A stretch of DNA of 63,591 nt, filler included, from an uncultured Planctomycetaceae bacterium (lineage in GTDB: Bacteria > Planctomycetota > Planctomycetia > Planctomycetales > Planctomycetaceae): the NCBI GenBank assembly GCA_963976765.1. It is 3 parts of 3 records of this genome, joined end to end, with 100 filler letters (N's around TTAATTAATTAA, not from the genome) between each part and the next. Parts side by side here need not be neighbours in the genome. Positions count along the whole stretch, not along the records: positions 49,960 to 63,591 come from CAXBME010000062.1; 2 more parts are not named here. One strand, 5' to 3'. Made by a program: the position numbers and the translations under genes. Shown piece after piece: positions 50,155 through 60,277 of this stretch (positions are counted from its first letter, which is position 1; every line of letters starts with the position of its first letter). Below the pieces are notes generated by a model. The model did not search any database. It saw only the letters and a list, made by a program, of their open reading frames with translations, and had not been told where the DNA came from.

Positions 50155-50364
50155 TTAGACATCCCGATTCAGTTCCGTACGGAAGTGGCGGTGACAGACC
50201 TGAAGCGTCTTTTCGAATAGGGCACGCGCTTTGTCGTATCTGCCCTGCAACGAATTCACGATCGCGAGATTCAATCGACTAGCAGCGACCTGCGGATGTG
50301 CCGCACCCAGTTCAACTAACGTCGGTCGTCGTGACTCCTTGAACATCGTTTCAGAATTGGGCAA
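50155..50364 (-). pseudogene. Isolated TPR (kinesin-light-chain-like) fragment
   Basis: LGAAHPQVAASRLNLAIVNSLQGRYDKARALFEKTLQV. Confidence 0.5.
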
Positions 50365-50796
50365 TCACCCCTGATCCCTGCAAACACTGCCCAGACGATC
50401 GTGGAATGGGATTCTGTTTCTCCAGAATCACTCGGCATTCAATCACAATTTTTCCGCATCAGCGAACCGTTACTGAATTCGAAACAGAAACCCAAGCTGG
50501 TCAGTCCGATTGCCACGCGAGGATGAGTATCACCGGACCAATGTCGCACGATAACGATCGATTGCGTAAGCGTAGACTCTGCTTTCACTGGCTCTCCCCG
50601 TCGTGCAAGCAACTGTGCTACCTACGCAAGACAACCAGCGAAGTCTGGCGCACTCCCTCGCGCTGGCGTCACACTGTTCCGATGTACTATAAGGGGCTAT
50701 CGTTTTTTCACGAGCGAAAGGTTCTGACACAGCATTGGGGATCGAGGCGAACCTGAAAGGTTTTGTGGCTGTCGCTACCACAATTCCCCTCATTCT

Positions 50797-51966
50797 GTGT
50801 CTGCAGGAGTCAATAAAGTGCCAGCAGTTGACGTCTTTCTCGACACGAGCGTCCTGCCTGGAGATCCGGCCTACGCGAAGCAGGAGTTCGAGCATCTGAT
50901 TCAGCTCGTCGAAGCACGGTTGCTGAACGTGCATCTTTCAGATGTGGCGAGACGGGAATGGGTGACGAGGATGCAGACCAATTTCGCCGAGAGAGCGAAG
51001 GACGCGGTGAGACTTCTGTCGAGTCTGACTCGCCATCGACTCCTTTCGGAACTGGCGCATGCAGATCAGCTCAGAGGACTGGCTGATGTTCGGGAAGAGT
51101 TGATCGAAAATGCCCGGACAGTGTCCGGCCAATGCTGTGAACGGCTGCTCGAACGTCTTCAGACGACCGTGCATCCCGTCAGGCCCGAGGATGGCGCGGT
51201 CGTTCTGAACGGATACTTTGCCGGCACGCCACCCTTCAGTGGTGTCAAAGCACGCATGGACTTTCCTGACGCCTTCATTCTGCAGGCTCTGAAGAATCTG
51301 GCAACGCTCGGCCTTCGCGAGGTTCAGGGAGTCACAGCTGATGCTCGACTAGGAAAATCCTTTTCCGCGATCCACCGCGTGACGCACTTCGAGAGCATCA
51401 AAGACCTTTTGGCGTCGCCAGTCATTCAGGCTGCGAACGAGATTCTCCCACTGGCAAAACTGTGGTCTCAGGAACGTGAGTCTGAAGTCCTGGGGGAGCT
51501 ACAGACCCGTACCGAATACCTCACATCGACGCTGCAGTCTCTGGCCGAGAATGAGCTGCTCCAGAATAGGGCCAGCGGAAACATTCCAGAGGACAATGGT
51601 GAAGCAACCATCACTGGAATTGGCAAGCTGGAGAATCTTCAATTCTCATGGGTCGACCGAGACGACCTCGGTCCTGGATGGATCGGTCTACCATTCTCAT
51701 TTGAATGTGAAGCTGAGCTGGACTTTATGATCTATCGGGCCGACTCGTTGCACGCCCCGGACTGGGTCCAAGTCGACTTCGGCGATTTCGAGGAAGACCA
51801 CTACTTCGATGCATCCGGGTGTCGCACAGTCCAGGTCCAAGGTCTGCTTATGATCCGATTCACTCTCGAAGAGCTCGAAGAAACTGTCCTACCTGACCCG
51901 GTAGACGTCGAAGTTTACGAGTTTGACAGCGTCAACATCAAAGACGACGGTGAATGGTATGGATGA
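50797..51966 (+). CDS. PIN-domain (DUF4935-like) nuclease with an acidic C-terminal domain
   Basis: VFLDTSVL, ARRE, YFAGTPPF, DFPDAFI, VTADARL. Start may be GTG 50818. Confidence 0.75.
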   Translation: MSAGVNKVPAVDVFLDTSVLPGDPAYAKQEFEHLIQLVEARLLNVHLSDVARREWVTRMQTNFAERAKDAVRLLSSLTRHRLLSELAHADQLRGLADVREELIENARTVSGQCCERLLERLQTTVHPVRPEDGAVVLNGYFAGTPPFSGVKARMDFPDAFILQALKNLATLGLREVQGVTADARLGKSFSAIHRVTHFESIKDLLASPVIQAANEILPLAKLWSQERESEVLGELQTRTEYLTSTLQSLAENELLQNRASGNIPEDNGEATITGIGKLENLQFSWVDRDDLGPGWIGLPFSFECEAELDFMIYRADSLHAPDWVQVDFGDFEEDHYFDASGCRTVQVQGLLMIRFTLEELEETVLPDPVDVEVYEFDSVNIKDDGEWYG

Positions 51967-52049
51967 GCGTAGACTCTCCGTTCTGCTGAAATGCCAAACG
52001 GTTTGAGCCTGATTATCGAGGCCTCATGACTCAAGTGGCGTCAACGACC

Positions 52050-52496
52050 TCACTGACGCCAGGAACGGCTCCGAACTTCGATGTCGTTGACCAGTCGACT
52101 GACTCCCTCAATGGGCATCACAGCGGCTTGTGCAATCTGCTTCTGGTAATAAGACGTCACCTTGCCAGTCAGGACCAGAGTGCCGTCGTCAAACCGGCAC
52201 TCGACGCGGCCGACGGAGGTGTAACCGGTGGAGCGAAGTCTTGATCGGGCTTCCGCCACGACGGGATGGTCTTTGTGGTCCGCTGACTTGCTCACTGGAG
52301 TGCGTCCTGCCAGGGCCGGTATGCGTAGTGTCTGCAACTTTCCATCCTCCCAGAAAGTATCCGTGCATCGGGGTGCGTACGAGCAATCTGCGTGCCCGCC
52401 GTTGAACTCTTTTGCCGCGATCGCATCAAGACGGCTAATCAACGCTGGTCCTGCTGCCTGGCGTCCGAGACTTCTTTCTCGATCTTCCGCCTGCAT
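52050..52496 (-). CDS. BON-domain protein
   Basis: GTLVLTGKVTSYYQKQIAQAAV..IEGVSRLVNDIEV; the true start may be further downstream. Confidence 0.8.
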   Translation of the reverse strand: MQAEDRERSLGRQAAGPALISRLDAIAAKEFNGGHADCSYAPRCTDTFWEDGKLQTLRIPALAGRTPVSKSADHKDHPVVAEARSRLRSTGYTSVGRVECRFDDGTLVLTGKVTSYYQKQIAQAAVMPIEGVSRLVNDIEVRSRSWRQ

Positions 52497-52559
52497 CGTG
52501 GAACGAGACCGACTGTCCCTCGATGGCGCGCTCCCAAGGGCGTTTTCGCCCGCACCCGA

Positions 52560-54710
52560 TTATGCCCGGTTGCGCGAAGTCAACACGACAACGGACCGCG
52601 ATTCGACAGTGACCATGCTGTGTGTATCAAGCACCGCGGACGGAACAGGTTCACCTTCAAATGGCTCTACCCGACTCGTATCGATCACACTACGCCAGTC
52701 ACTCCCATTGACCGGCTGCACTGAAAACGCAACTGCACGCGAGCCACCATTGATCATGACATAGAGGTCGTCGTCACCTTCACTGCGACCGGTCAGCAGG
52801 TAAGCCAGGGTCTGAGACCGCGGAGACAGGTCGACCGGACCATCGGGGCCAAACCAGGTAACGTCGTCCCGCCAGAAGCCGAAACGCGACAACGACGAGT
52901 GTGCTTTGCGGAACGCGATCATGTCACGGACGAAGTAGAAGATGTCGCGGTGTTCGTCGAGCCGATTCCAGTCGAGCCAAGACGTTTCGTTGTCCTGGTT
53001 GAACGGATTGCTGTTACCTTGCTGCGTCTGCAGGAACTCGTCGCCCATCCGGAACATCGGCGTTCCGTTCGACAGCATCAGCAGGCAAAAGAAGTTGCGG
53101 ACCTGCTGCTTGCGAAGTGACAGCACGTCCGAAGGAATGTCCGCATCACCTTCGTGGCCGTGATTGCTGGAGTATTCCGTCGGGCCATCGGTATTGTCAT
53201 GCCCATTGGCTTCGTTGTGCCTGTGGTGATACGCCACGAGGTCATAGAGCGTGGATCCGTCATGCGAGGTGACGTAGTTCACACTCTGAAATGGCCGCAG
53301 CGCGTGGAAGGTGTCGTCCGGAAACAGATCGCTGCTCCCGTAGAGTCGAGTCATCAGCTCGCCAACAAAACCTTTGTCGCCCCGAACAAATCGCTGCAAT
53401 GTGTCGCGGTAGTGCGCGTTCCACTGCATCCACCTCGTGCCTGGAAACCGTCGTCCGAGCTGGAAGCTGCCTTCAGCGTCCCACGGCTCGGCGATGAGCC
53501 GCACGTTTGACAGCACCGGATCGCTGGCAATCTGAGCGAAGATCGGTGGATCGTCGAGGTTGATCGAGCCGTCCGAATTTCGAGTGAAAACGGACGCGAG
53601 GTCAAAACGGAATCCATCAACGTGCATCTCGGCCACCCAGTAACGCAGGCTGTCGATGATGAGCTGCCGGACGGCGCGGTTCGCGGTGTGTAGCGTGTTG
53701 CCGCAGCCACTGAAATTGGCGTATGGCTGTCGCGAGTCGTTCCTCATCACGTAGTAGGTGGAGTTGTCGATCCCCTTGAGACTGTACGTCGGACCGCGTT
53801 CGTCACCTTCGCACGTATGGTTGAATACGACATCGAGAATGACCTCGATCCCGGCCTGATGGAGTGCCTGGACCATGCGGCGGAACTCACTTCTCTGACC
53901 GCATGAGTCAGGCGTTGTCGAGTAGGCGTGATGCGGAGCGAAGAAACTCAGCGGCATGTAACCCCAGTAGTTGCCTTCCTGCGGATCGAACTGAAACACC
54001 GGCATCAGTTCGACGGCCGTCACTCCCAGCTCGACCAGGTGTGGAATCTTCTCGATGACACCCTGAAACGTACCGCGCGTGTTGTCCGGAATTCCGGAGC
54101 TCTCGTGCTGAGTAAAGCCGCGGACGTGCATCTCATAAATGATCAGGTCGGACTCGCGGTGGACTCGGCTGTCGCCGTTCCATTCAAAACGACACTGGCA
54201 CTCATCGAGCAGCGCCAGCGGAGCTTTGCCCATGTTTGGTCCCGGCTGTTGAGCAGCCATGCGGTCGAACGTCGGCGGAAAATAAACCGAGCGTGCGTGC
54301 GGATCGAGCAGCAGCTTCTGATTGTCAAACGCGTGACGATCGAAACCAGCCCCGTACGGCGGGCCGTCAACGCGGTAAGCGTAGAATTTTGCGTCATTCA
54401 CGTGCGCCACAGGAATCCGGCAATGCCAGATCGGGCCGGACTTATGACGAAGTGGTTCGAAATCGGAGACGAATTCCGGCTCGTACAGGTCGTCAGCCCG
54501 AAAGAACAGCAACTCAACCCGCGTCGCGTGTTTTGAATACAGCGCGAAGTTGTAGGCCTGCTCCTGCGGCAGCCACTGCAGTCCGAGCGGAAATGGCTGA
54601 CCGTTCAAGACGCTCCACGACGACTTCCGGCCCAATGACTCTGTCTGCTTCAGAGGTTTCCAGCAGTGTCGACATTCATAAGGCTGAGCCTTGTCAATCT
54701 CTCCGGTCAC
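52560..54710 (-). CDS. glgX: Glycogen debranching enzyme / isoamylase (GH13)
   Basis: IYEMHVRGFT, NYWGY, DVVFNHT, DGFRFDLAS, IAEPWD, YVTSHDG, GNSNPFNQDNE. Confidence 0.92.
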   Translation of the reverse strand: MTGEIDKAQPYECRHCWKPLKQTESLGRKSSWSVLNGQPFPLGLQWLPQEQAYNFALYSKHATRVELLFFRADDLYEPEFVSDFEPLRHKSGPIWHCRIPVAHVNDAKFYAYRVDGPPYGAGFDRHAFDNQKLLLDPHARSVYFPPTFDRMAAQQPGPNMGKAPLALLDECQCRFEWNGDSRVHRESDLIIYEMHVRGFTQHESSGIPDNTRGTFQGVIEKIPHLVELGVTAVELMPVFQFDPQEGNYWGYMPLSFFAPHHAYSTTPDSCGQRSEFRRMVQALHQAGIEVILDVVFNHTCEGDERGPTYSLKGIDNSTYYVMRNDSRQPYANFSGCGNTLHTANRAVRQLIIDSLRYWVAEMHVDGFRFDLASVFTRNSDGSINLDDPPIFAQIASDPVLSNVRLIAEPWDAEGSFQLGRRFPGTRWMQWNAHYRDTLQRFVRGDKGFVGELMTRLYGSSDLFPDDTFHALRPFQSVNYVTSHDGSTLYDLVAYHHRHNEANGHDNTDGPTEYSSNHGHEGDADIPSDVLSLRKQQVRNFFCLLMLSNGTPMFRMGDEFLQTQQGNSNPFNQDNETSWLDWNRLDEHRDIFYFVRDMIAFRKAHSSLSRFGFWRDDVTWFGPDGPVDLSPRSQTLAYLLTGRSEGDDDLYVMINGGSRAVAFSVQPVNGSDWRSVIDTSRVEPFEGEPVPSAVLDTHSMVTVESRSVVVLTSRNRA

Positions 54711-55071
54711 GTTCGACGCCTCCGTTTATTCTCACGACTCGGTTTCAACAGTTGAGAAACAATGAAAATGCTGTGCCGCGAGCTGTTGGTAAACAGACCG
54801 AATCGGGAGCGATTACGCTCGTTTCGGCGTTCTCCAGATGGCGAATTCGCCCATCCTGCACCCACGCCCAATCACTTGGACTTCGCGTGTGATCAAGTTG
54901 ACGTGACGGACTCAGACCAGTCGAAATCGTAAAACGAAGCTAACCAGCGTCGTTCAAGGTGGTTGTGGCGAGCGAGGCTGAGTGTGGCACGGCGTTCGTA
55001 TTAACGGGACTGAGACGCGGCCAGAATGACTGAGTCGCAACTCTTCCTCGGTTCTGAAATGGAGTCCCATC

Positions 55072-55473
55072 ATGAAACGCCTCGCACTCACCCTGGTCGT
55101 CGCCATCACCGCCGCCACAATCTCTGCAGGCACTGCATCTGCTTCAGACAGATCACACGGACGCAGTCGCTCGCCCATCGGCCATGCAGTCGGTCATCTG
55201 ATCTTCGGTGGCCACAGTTACGGCCAGTCGTACAACCGCAGCCCGAGCTACAGCCAGTCGTACTACCGCAGCCCGGGCTACGGTTACTCGACTTACAGCA
55301 ACCCGTCGTACTCGCATCAGTCCTATAGTCGTCCGGTCTACAGCTACCCCAGCCAGGGCTATTCCAGCTACGGACTATCGGGGCACGGCAATTCCAGCTA
55401 CGGCCAGTATGGCGGCTACAACGGCGGTCGTCGTTCGACGAACCAGTACGGTCACCACAATTCACATCATTGA
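55072..55473 (+). CDS. Secreted S/Y/G-rich low-complexity protein
   Basis: GGAG RBS, signal peptide ending ASA, then repeated SY/GY motifs and a His-rich end. Confidence 0.75.
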   Translation: MKRLALTLVVAITAATISAGTASASDRSHGRSRSPIGHAVGHLIFGGHSYGQSYNRSPSYSQSYYRSPGYGYSTYSNPSYSHQSYSRPVYSYPSQGYSSYGLSGHGNSSYGQYGGYNGGRRSTNQYGHHNSHH

Positions 55474-55627
55474 TCGACCACCGTTGCGATACACCGTGTT
55501 CAAAGACCGATATAGGGAGCCGCCTGACAGTAGCCGGCACGTCATAAGACCGCTCACCACACCACCAGCGACAGCGACAGGTCGCCTGAAACCCAGTGCG
55601 GCCTGTTGCTGACTCAGGAGAATTGTC

Positions 55628-56602
55628 ATGAAGGCTCTCACACTTTCCTTACTCACACTGGGACTCGCCGTCGCAACAGGGACGTCCTCTGACGATGTTC
55701 AGGGTGATCACGGTTCACAGGAGTCTCCAACTCCGACCGCTGTGGTTCCTGCCGAAACGCCGGTTGACGTCGGGCGAGTTCCACTCGGTGCGATGCCCTG
55801 CGGAACATTCTGTCAGCCGATGACTGCACCGTGCTGCGGTGCCGTCTGTCTCTCCGGACAACCGCCCAGTCGCATGCCGCATGCTGAAGATGTGGCTGCG
55901 GCACTGCACCAGCTCGCGCTGATTCTGTCGGAAGAGATCGACTTCGATCTTCACGAGGCACGCGAATTTCCACACCTGATGCGTGACGCCGACGCCGTCG
56001 TTCGGGACGTGATTGCCGTTCGGCGCTCACTTGCCGCACGCCGGGAGCCGGTAGCGGTTTCCAGTGATGTTCGAAATGCAGCCGAGAGCCTGCAGCATCT
56101 CGACCGGGCAATCGGTCGGCGCTACCGCACTCGGGCCATCCATTTCGCACTGCTCGACACGCGAGCGGCACTCGACGACCTGACCGCAACGCTCGGAGTT
56201 GATCCCGGTCAAGATGCCGATGAGCAGGGACCGCCACGCACGGTTCCACCACCAACGTCTGACAATCCGGCAACCGGCGGACAGCCGGCCGCCCGGACCC
56301 CTCCACGTTCAGTGACACCACCCGTGCCGCCGGCACTTCGCACTGATCCGACGATTCCATTGACCGATCCGGAAGTGCTCGTCATTCCCGAACCGGTGGA
56401 GCGACTGACCGTGCCGGACACGATGAAGGGACTTCGGCAGCTCTCCGAATCCGATCAGCGTCTGGCGATGAAGCAGCGAACCTGTCCCGTCACCGGAGAC
56501 TTGCTGGGTTCGATGGGCAAGCCGATCAAGGTGAATGTCAACGGTCGGATGGTCTTCGTCTGCTGCCAGGGTTGTGTCGAGGAGCTACGGATACCACGGT
56601 GA
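55628..56602 (+). CDS. Secreted protein with Cys-rich segment, Pro-rich linker and C-terminal YHS/TRASH-like metal-binding domain
   Basis: AGGAG RBS, signal peptide; CPVTGDLLGSMGKP...VFVCCQGC. Confidence 0.75.
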   Translation: MKALTLSLLTLGLAVATGTSSDDVQGDHGSQESPTPTAVVPAETPVDVGRVPLGAMPCGTFCQPMTAPCCGAVCLSGQPPSRMPHAEDVAAALHQLALILSEEIDFDLHEAREFPHLMRDADAVVRDVIAVRRSLAARREPVAVSSDVRNAAESLQHLDRAIGRRYRTRAIHFALLDTRAALDDLTATLGVDPGQDADEQGPPRTVPPPTSDNPATGGQPAARTPPRSVTPPVPPALRTDPTIPLTDPEVLVIPEPVERLTVPDTMKGLRQLSESDQRLAMKQRTCPVTGDLLGSMGKPIKVNVNGRMVFVCCQGCVEELRIPR

Positions 56603-56683
56603 CGGACTCTGTCTTGGCGATCACGCTGGAAGACGTTCATGCCGAAGGAGCACCGCAGCGACAATTGAGTTGGGAAGATCAAG

Positions 56684-57388
56684 TCAATTGATGCTCCAGC
56701 TCAAGACGGTTCGTCCCAGAAACTGAACGGATTCATGTTTCGGGACGAAGCCAGCCTTGATGATCCCTTGCCGCGACGAGTGATTGAACGGTGAGCATTC
56801 GATCAACACTGGTCGAGATCGCATCCCTATGTTCGCATCGTCTGAAGTTGCGATGTGCGTGATCGCCCAGGCATAAAGACCGCGTCCGCGAAATTCGTAT
56901 CGCGTGAAGCAGTGGTCAATAATTCCTGGAGAATCCGATGATTCGTCCAACGGTCCAAACCAGCAGGCACACGCGAGTTGTCCCTCGACAGAGCGGAGGA
57001 CGAGGCATTTCCGCCCGTGGTTGAGTCGATCAAGGAAGGCGGCCCATTCACCATACTTCTTCAGGAAAGCAGTATCCTCGCTCGTTAGATCGTCGACCTG
57101 AGCAAGAATCGCGACTTTGAATCCATCTGACATATCCGCCGTTGGGCCAGTCGAGTTTCTGTCAAACTCAAACCGACGCAGGATTTGCAGGCCGCACTTT
57201 TCCCCAATCACAACAAACAACAGGTACGACAGAGTCCGCCGTATTCCGTGGCGTCGCACGCGCACCCCAAGACGCTGCAAGGCGGAACTTGATGTATTGC
57301 AGACGTTTTCAGCTCCATCGCCAGAGTCCTTCGCACTTGTTCCATCAGTTAATTCAGCCACGAACTTACAACCTTGATTACTTACCAC
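56684..57388 (-). CDS. GNAT-like acetyltransferase
   Basis: HCFTRYEFRGRGLY (acetyl-CoA motif) and NHSSRQGIIKAGF. Confidence 0.65.
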   Translation of the reverse strand: MVSNQGCKFVAELTDGTSAKDSGDGAENVCNTSSSALQRLGVRVRRHGIRRTLSYLLFVVIGEKCGLQILRRFEFDRNSTGPTADMSDGFKVAILAQVDDLTSEDTAFLKKYGEWAAFLDRLNHGRKCLVLRSVEGQLACACWFGPLDESSDSPGIIDHCFTRYEFRGRGLYAWAITHIATSDDANIGMRSRPVLIECSPFNHSSRQGIIKAGFVPKHESVQFLGRTVLSWSIN

Positions 57389-57414
57389 GGGGAATTACTC
57401 GGCATGCTGAGTCT

Positions 57415-58431
57415 CTACCCGAGGGTTTCCGATGCGGAGTTGGAATCCGTCGATGCCTCCGGTGACAGAGATTCGCCAACGTGCCCAGACTCACGAGTGG
57501 ACTGGACCTCTCGTCTCAATTCGTGCACCTCAGACAGAATGGCCTCTTCCAACTCGATGTCAGGATCGGGTTTGTCGTCGGATCGAGCGAAATGGCTTTC
57601 CGATCTCTCAATCATTGGGAACGGCCTGTGACCGATGACATCGCGCTGAAGCAGATACCACAACTCTTTCCAGCCCGTTCGCTGACGATGACGAAACTCG
57701 CGCCCGTCTACCCTCGACTGCTGCAGCGCCGGCAACGGCCCCCACTGGGCCGCGGCAAGAACATCACACGTCAGGCGTGCTGCCAGTTGAGTGCTGCGGG
57801 CGGTTACCGAGGCTTCGTTGTCCTGCTGCCGAATCTCCGGACAACCGCAGGCCAGCACCTTCCCCGTGTCGACCCCTTCGTCGATGTAGTGCACTGTGAC
57901 GCCGACTTGATCGTATTCCCGGAAATACAACGGCCAGAACAACGTATGCTCGCCGCGGTAAAATGGGACCAGACCGTGATGGACATTGATTGTCCCGTGC
58001 GGCGGAATTGTGAAAATATTGGGCCGCAGAATGGGAGCAACGCAGACGAGCAGAACGTCCGGACTGAAGTCGCGAATTCGACGTGCAGTCTCTTCAGAGT
58101 TGATCTCCCGCCACGGGACGTCAACACAGTTCATGTCGATTTCGGGTGGCTCGGACGAGTCAAACAGGAGCTGTGTGATCTGCTGATCAATGTCGCCTTC
58201 ATACCAGTGGTAGAAAGCGTGAGCCGCTCCTTCGAGCCGATTAGCGACGGTCTGAATCGGATGACGCGTCAACTTTCGTACGCGGCGACGGATGCGTTCC
58301 GATCGCGACTCTGACGTCGTCGACGGTGCACGAACCGGACGGACGACGAGATGATCGGGCCATCGTTTGACGACCTGACGGATGATAAACAGCGAACGTG
58401 ATTCGCAGCGGCTGACAATGGCAACGCGCAT
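57415..58431 (-). CDS. Formyltransferase (Fmt/PurN-like)
   Basis: AAGGAGGG RBS; TINVHHGLVPFYRG and GVTVHYIDEGVDTG. Confidence 0.85.
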   Translation of the reverse strand: MRVAIVSRCESRSLFIIRQVVKRWPDHLVVRPVRAPSTTSESRSERIRRRVRKLTRHPIQTVANRLEGAAHAFYHWYEGDIDQQITQLLFDSSEPPEIDMNCVDVPWREINSEETARRIRDFSPDVLLVCVAPILRPNIFTIPPHGTINVHHGLVPFYRGEHTLFWPLYFREYDQVGVTVHYIDEGVDTGKVLACGCPEIRQQDNEASVTARSTQLAARLTCDVLAAAQWGPLPALQQSRVDGREFRHRQRTGWKELWYLLQRDVIGHRPFPMIERSESHFARSDDKPDPDIELEEAILSEVHELRREVQSTRESGHVGESLSPEASTDSNSASETLG

Positions 58432-58526
58432 ACCGCGATCCCTCCTTGAGAAGGCAGACTGTGAGCGGAGAATGGATCGCCCAGAGCAGCGACGGATGGA
58501 ACCTGCTCTGGACGCTCGACTCAACA

Positions 58527-59612
58527 TCAGCGACGGCGTTGGGCCGACGCGGCTGATGCCTGGCGGGTCGCTTTCGCCAGATAGAAGTCTGGATTCTGCT
58601 CAACCTTCTTGATGCAGCCTTTACAGCAGACATAGACCGGCTGGCCTTTCGCGTAGACTTTCCATGCTCCGCCCATCGACGTCAGTGACTCGTTCATCAC
58701 GGGGCACAGTTTCTGCACAGCGACAGCCGCACTGTCTGCCTGAGTTGCTTTCGCCGCAGGGGGCGTTGGCAGCATGGCGAGGTACTTCGCCGGTTCCCGC
58801 TCGATGGCTTTGGTGCAGCCGGGGCAGCAGACGTAGACTTCGCGTCCCAGCACGTTGAACTTCCAGGGGCCGCCCATTGCATCCAACGGCTTGTTCATCA
58901 CCGGGCAGATTCTCTGAAACGCCACGGCTGCGGCATCAGCTCGCGTCGCTTTCACAGGGCCGGTCGGAGCAAGCTTTGCCAGGTACTTCTGTGGATCGGC
59001 CTTCAACGCGTTGGTACAGCCGGCACAGCAGACATAGACATCGCGGTCACCGATACGCACCGCTGGAGGAGCCCCCATCGAACCGAGTGGCTTGCCACTC
59101 ACCGGACAAATCTTCTGCTGGGCAATCGCGACTTCGGCGGCACTACGCGTGATGTGAAATTTCTGTGCGAACTGAGCCGACGACTGACCGGGAATGCCGG
59201 AGATCGCGAATGTCGTCTGCATTCGACCATCCGGCACCTTCGCCAGATCGAGCGCGAGGTGCAGGACGTTCGTGGCCGCTCCGCGAGTCGCGTCTGGCCG
59301 CAGCGGATAGGTATAGGGTTTCGGATTGCCATCGACTGTCATCGTGATCTGGCCCGTCAGTCGGGATACGTCGATTGACTGCCCTTTGGCGTCGTAGAGG
59401 AAAACTCTCACGCCGTCCGGTTTGAAGACAACTTCGTGCCAGGTTGTGGAAGCGTACGACAGCTCACCACCGTGTGGCCCGTACTGCGTCTTGGCCGCTG
59501 CTGTACCGTGCTGATGGCTGGAATGGTTGTGACCGCCATCAGCCGAAACAGTGGTCACAGATGAAGACAACGACAATGCGATCGCGATCGCGGTAACTGT
59601 TGAGCGTTTCAT
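58527..59612 (-). CDS. Secreted His-rich protein with three YHS/TRASH-like Cys domains
   Basis: Signal peptide, GHNHSSHQH, GPHGG; three copies of CPV...L..MG...VYVCCxGC. Confidence 0.85.
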   Translation of the reverse strand: MKRSTVTAIAIALSLSSSVTTVSADGGHNHSSHQHGTAAAKTQYGPHGGELSYASTTWHEVVFKPDGVRVFLYDAKGQSIDVSRLTGQITMTVDGNPKPYTYPLRPDATRGAATNVLHLALDLAKVPDGRMQTTFAISGIPGQSSAQFAQKFHITRSAAEVAIAQQKICPVSGKPLGSMGAPPAVRIGDRDVYVCCAGCTNALKADPQKYLAKLAPTGPVKATRADAAAVAFQRICPVMNKPLDAMGGPWKFNVLGREVYVCCPGCTKAIEREPAKYLAMLPTPPAAKATQADSAAVAVQKLCPVMNESLTSMGGAWKVYAKGQPVYVCCKGCIKKVEQNPDFYLAKATRQASAASAQRRR

Positions 59613-59833
59613 GGCTCAGACTCCTGAAGTAGATTTCATGTGTGTGGCTCGGAAGCAGCGACGCAGGCGGGACGTTTCTCAGGCGATCATGCCGACGTGT
59701 TGTTGTTGAGCCTTCCAGCGGCGGCCCGACGCATTCGTGCGTCGGGTCAGCCGCACTTGTTTTGAGTTGTGAACAGAGTCCAGAGAATTCACGAGACAAA
59801 GTCGCGATCAACTTCTGACTCTCGACCTTGGTT

Positions 59834-59995
59834 TCAGCCGCAGCTCGGGCAGCTACCGCCGCCGCTACTGCTACCTCCACCACTGCTGAAAGGTGATGGA
59901 GGTGGTGCCCATCCCTGGTTGCCGCGGTTTGTGGCACAGCCAGCCGCCGCGAAGACGGCAACCAGCGCCAACATCAACAGAACGTGTCGAATCAT
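59834..59995 (-). CDS. 53-aa lipoprotein with C-terminal CxxC
   Basis: MIRHVLLMLALVAVFAAAGC-ATNRGNQGWAPPPSPFSSGGGSSSGGGSCPSCG; GGGAGGG RBS. Confidence 0.75.
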   Translation of the reverse strand: MIRHVLLMLALVAVFAAAGCATNRGNQGWAPPPSPFSSGGGSSSGGGSCPSCG

Positions 59996-60071
59996 CTCTC
60001 TTTCCCTCCCATGAGTCGTAAGCCGAAGAACGTCGAACACTGACAGTGCTTCGGCTTTCCAGCGGAAATTG

Positions 60072-60197
60072 TTAGTGGCTGTGGCCGAAGTGGCCGTCCG
60101 AACTTCGCCTGGAACCACCACCGCCGGTGTCGGTGGCACAACCGGCCGCCGCGAACACGGCAATCAGTGCCAGCATCAGAATCATGTGACGAATCAT
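60072..60197 (-). CDS. 41-aa lipoprotein with His-rich tail (missed by the ORF track)
   Basis: Manual translation MIRHMILMLALIAVFAAAGC-ATDTGGGGSRRSSDGHFGHSH*; GGGAGAG RBS. Confidence 0.75.
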   Translation of the reverse strand: MIRHMILMLALIAVFAAAGCATDTGGGGSRRSSDGHFGHSH

Positions 60198-60277
60198 TTC
60201 GCTCTCCCTGCTCGATGAGTTGAGAGTTAAGTGTCCAGGTCGAGAGCCATTAGAGTCGCTCTGGACGCTTAACCGGA

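Noticed and set aside
59996..60163. ORF-track N-terminal extension making 59834..60163 a 109-aa protein
   Set aside because: RBS and signal peptide place the start at 59995; the extension overlaps the 41-aa paralog in another frame.
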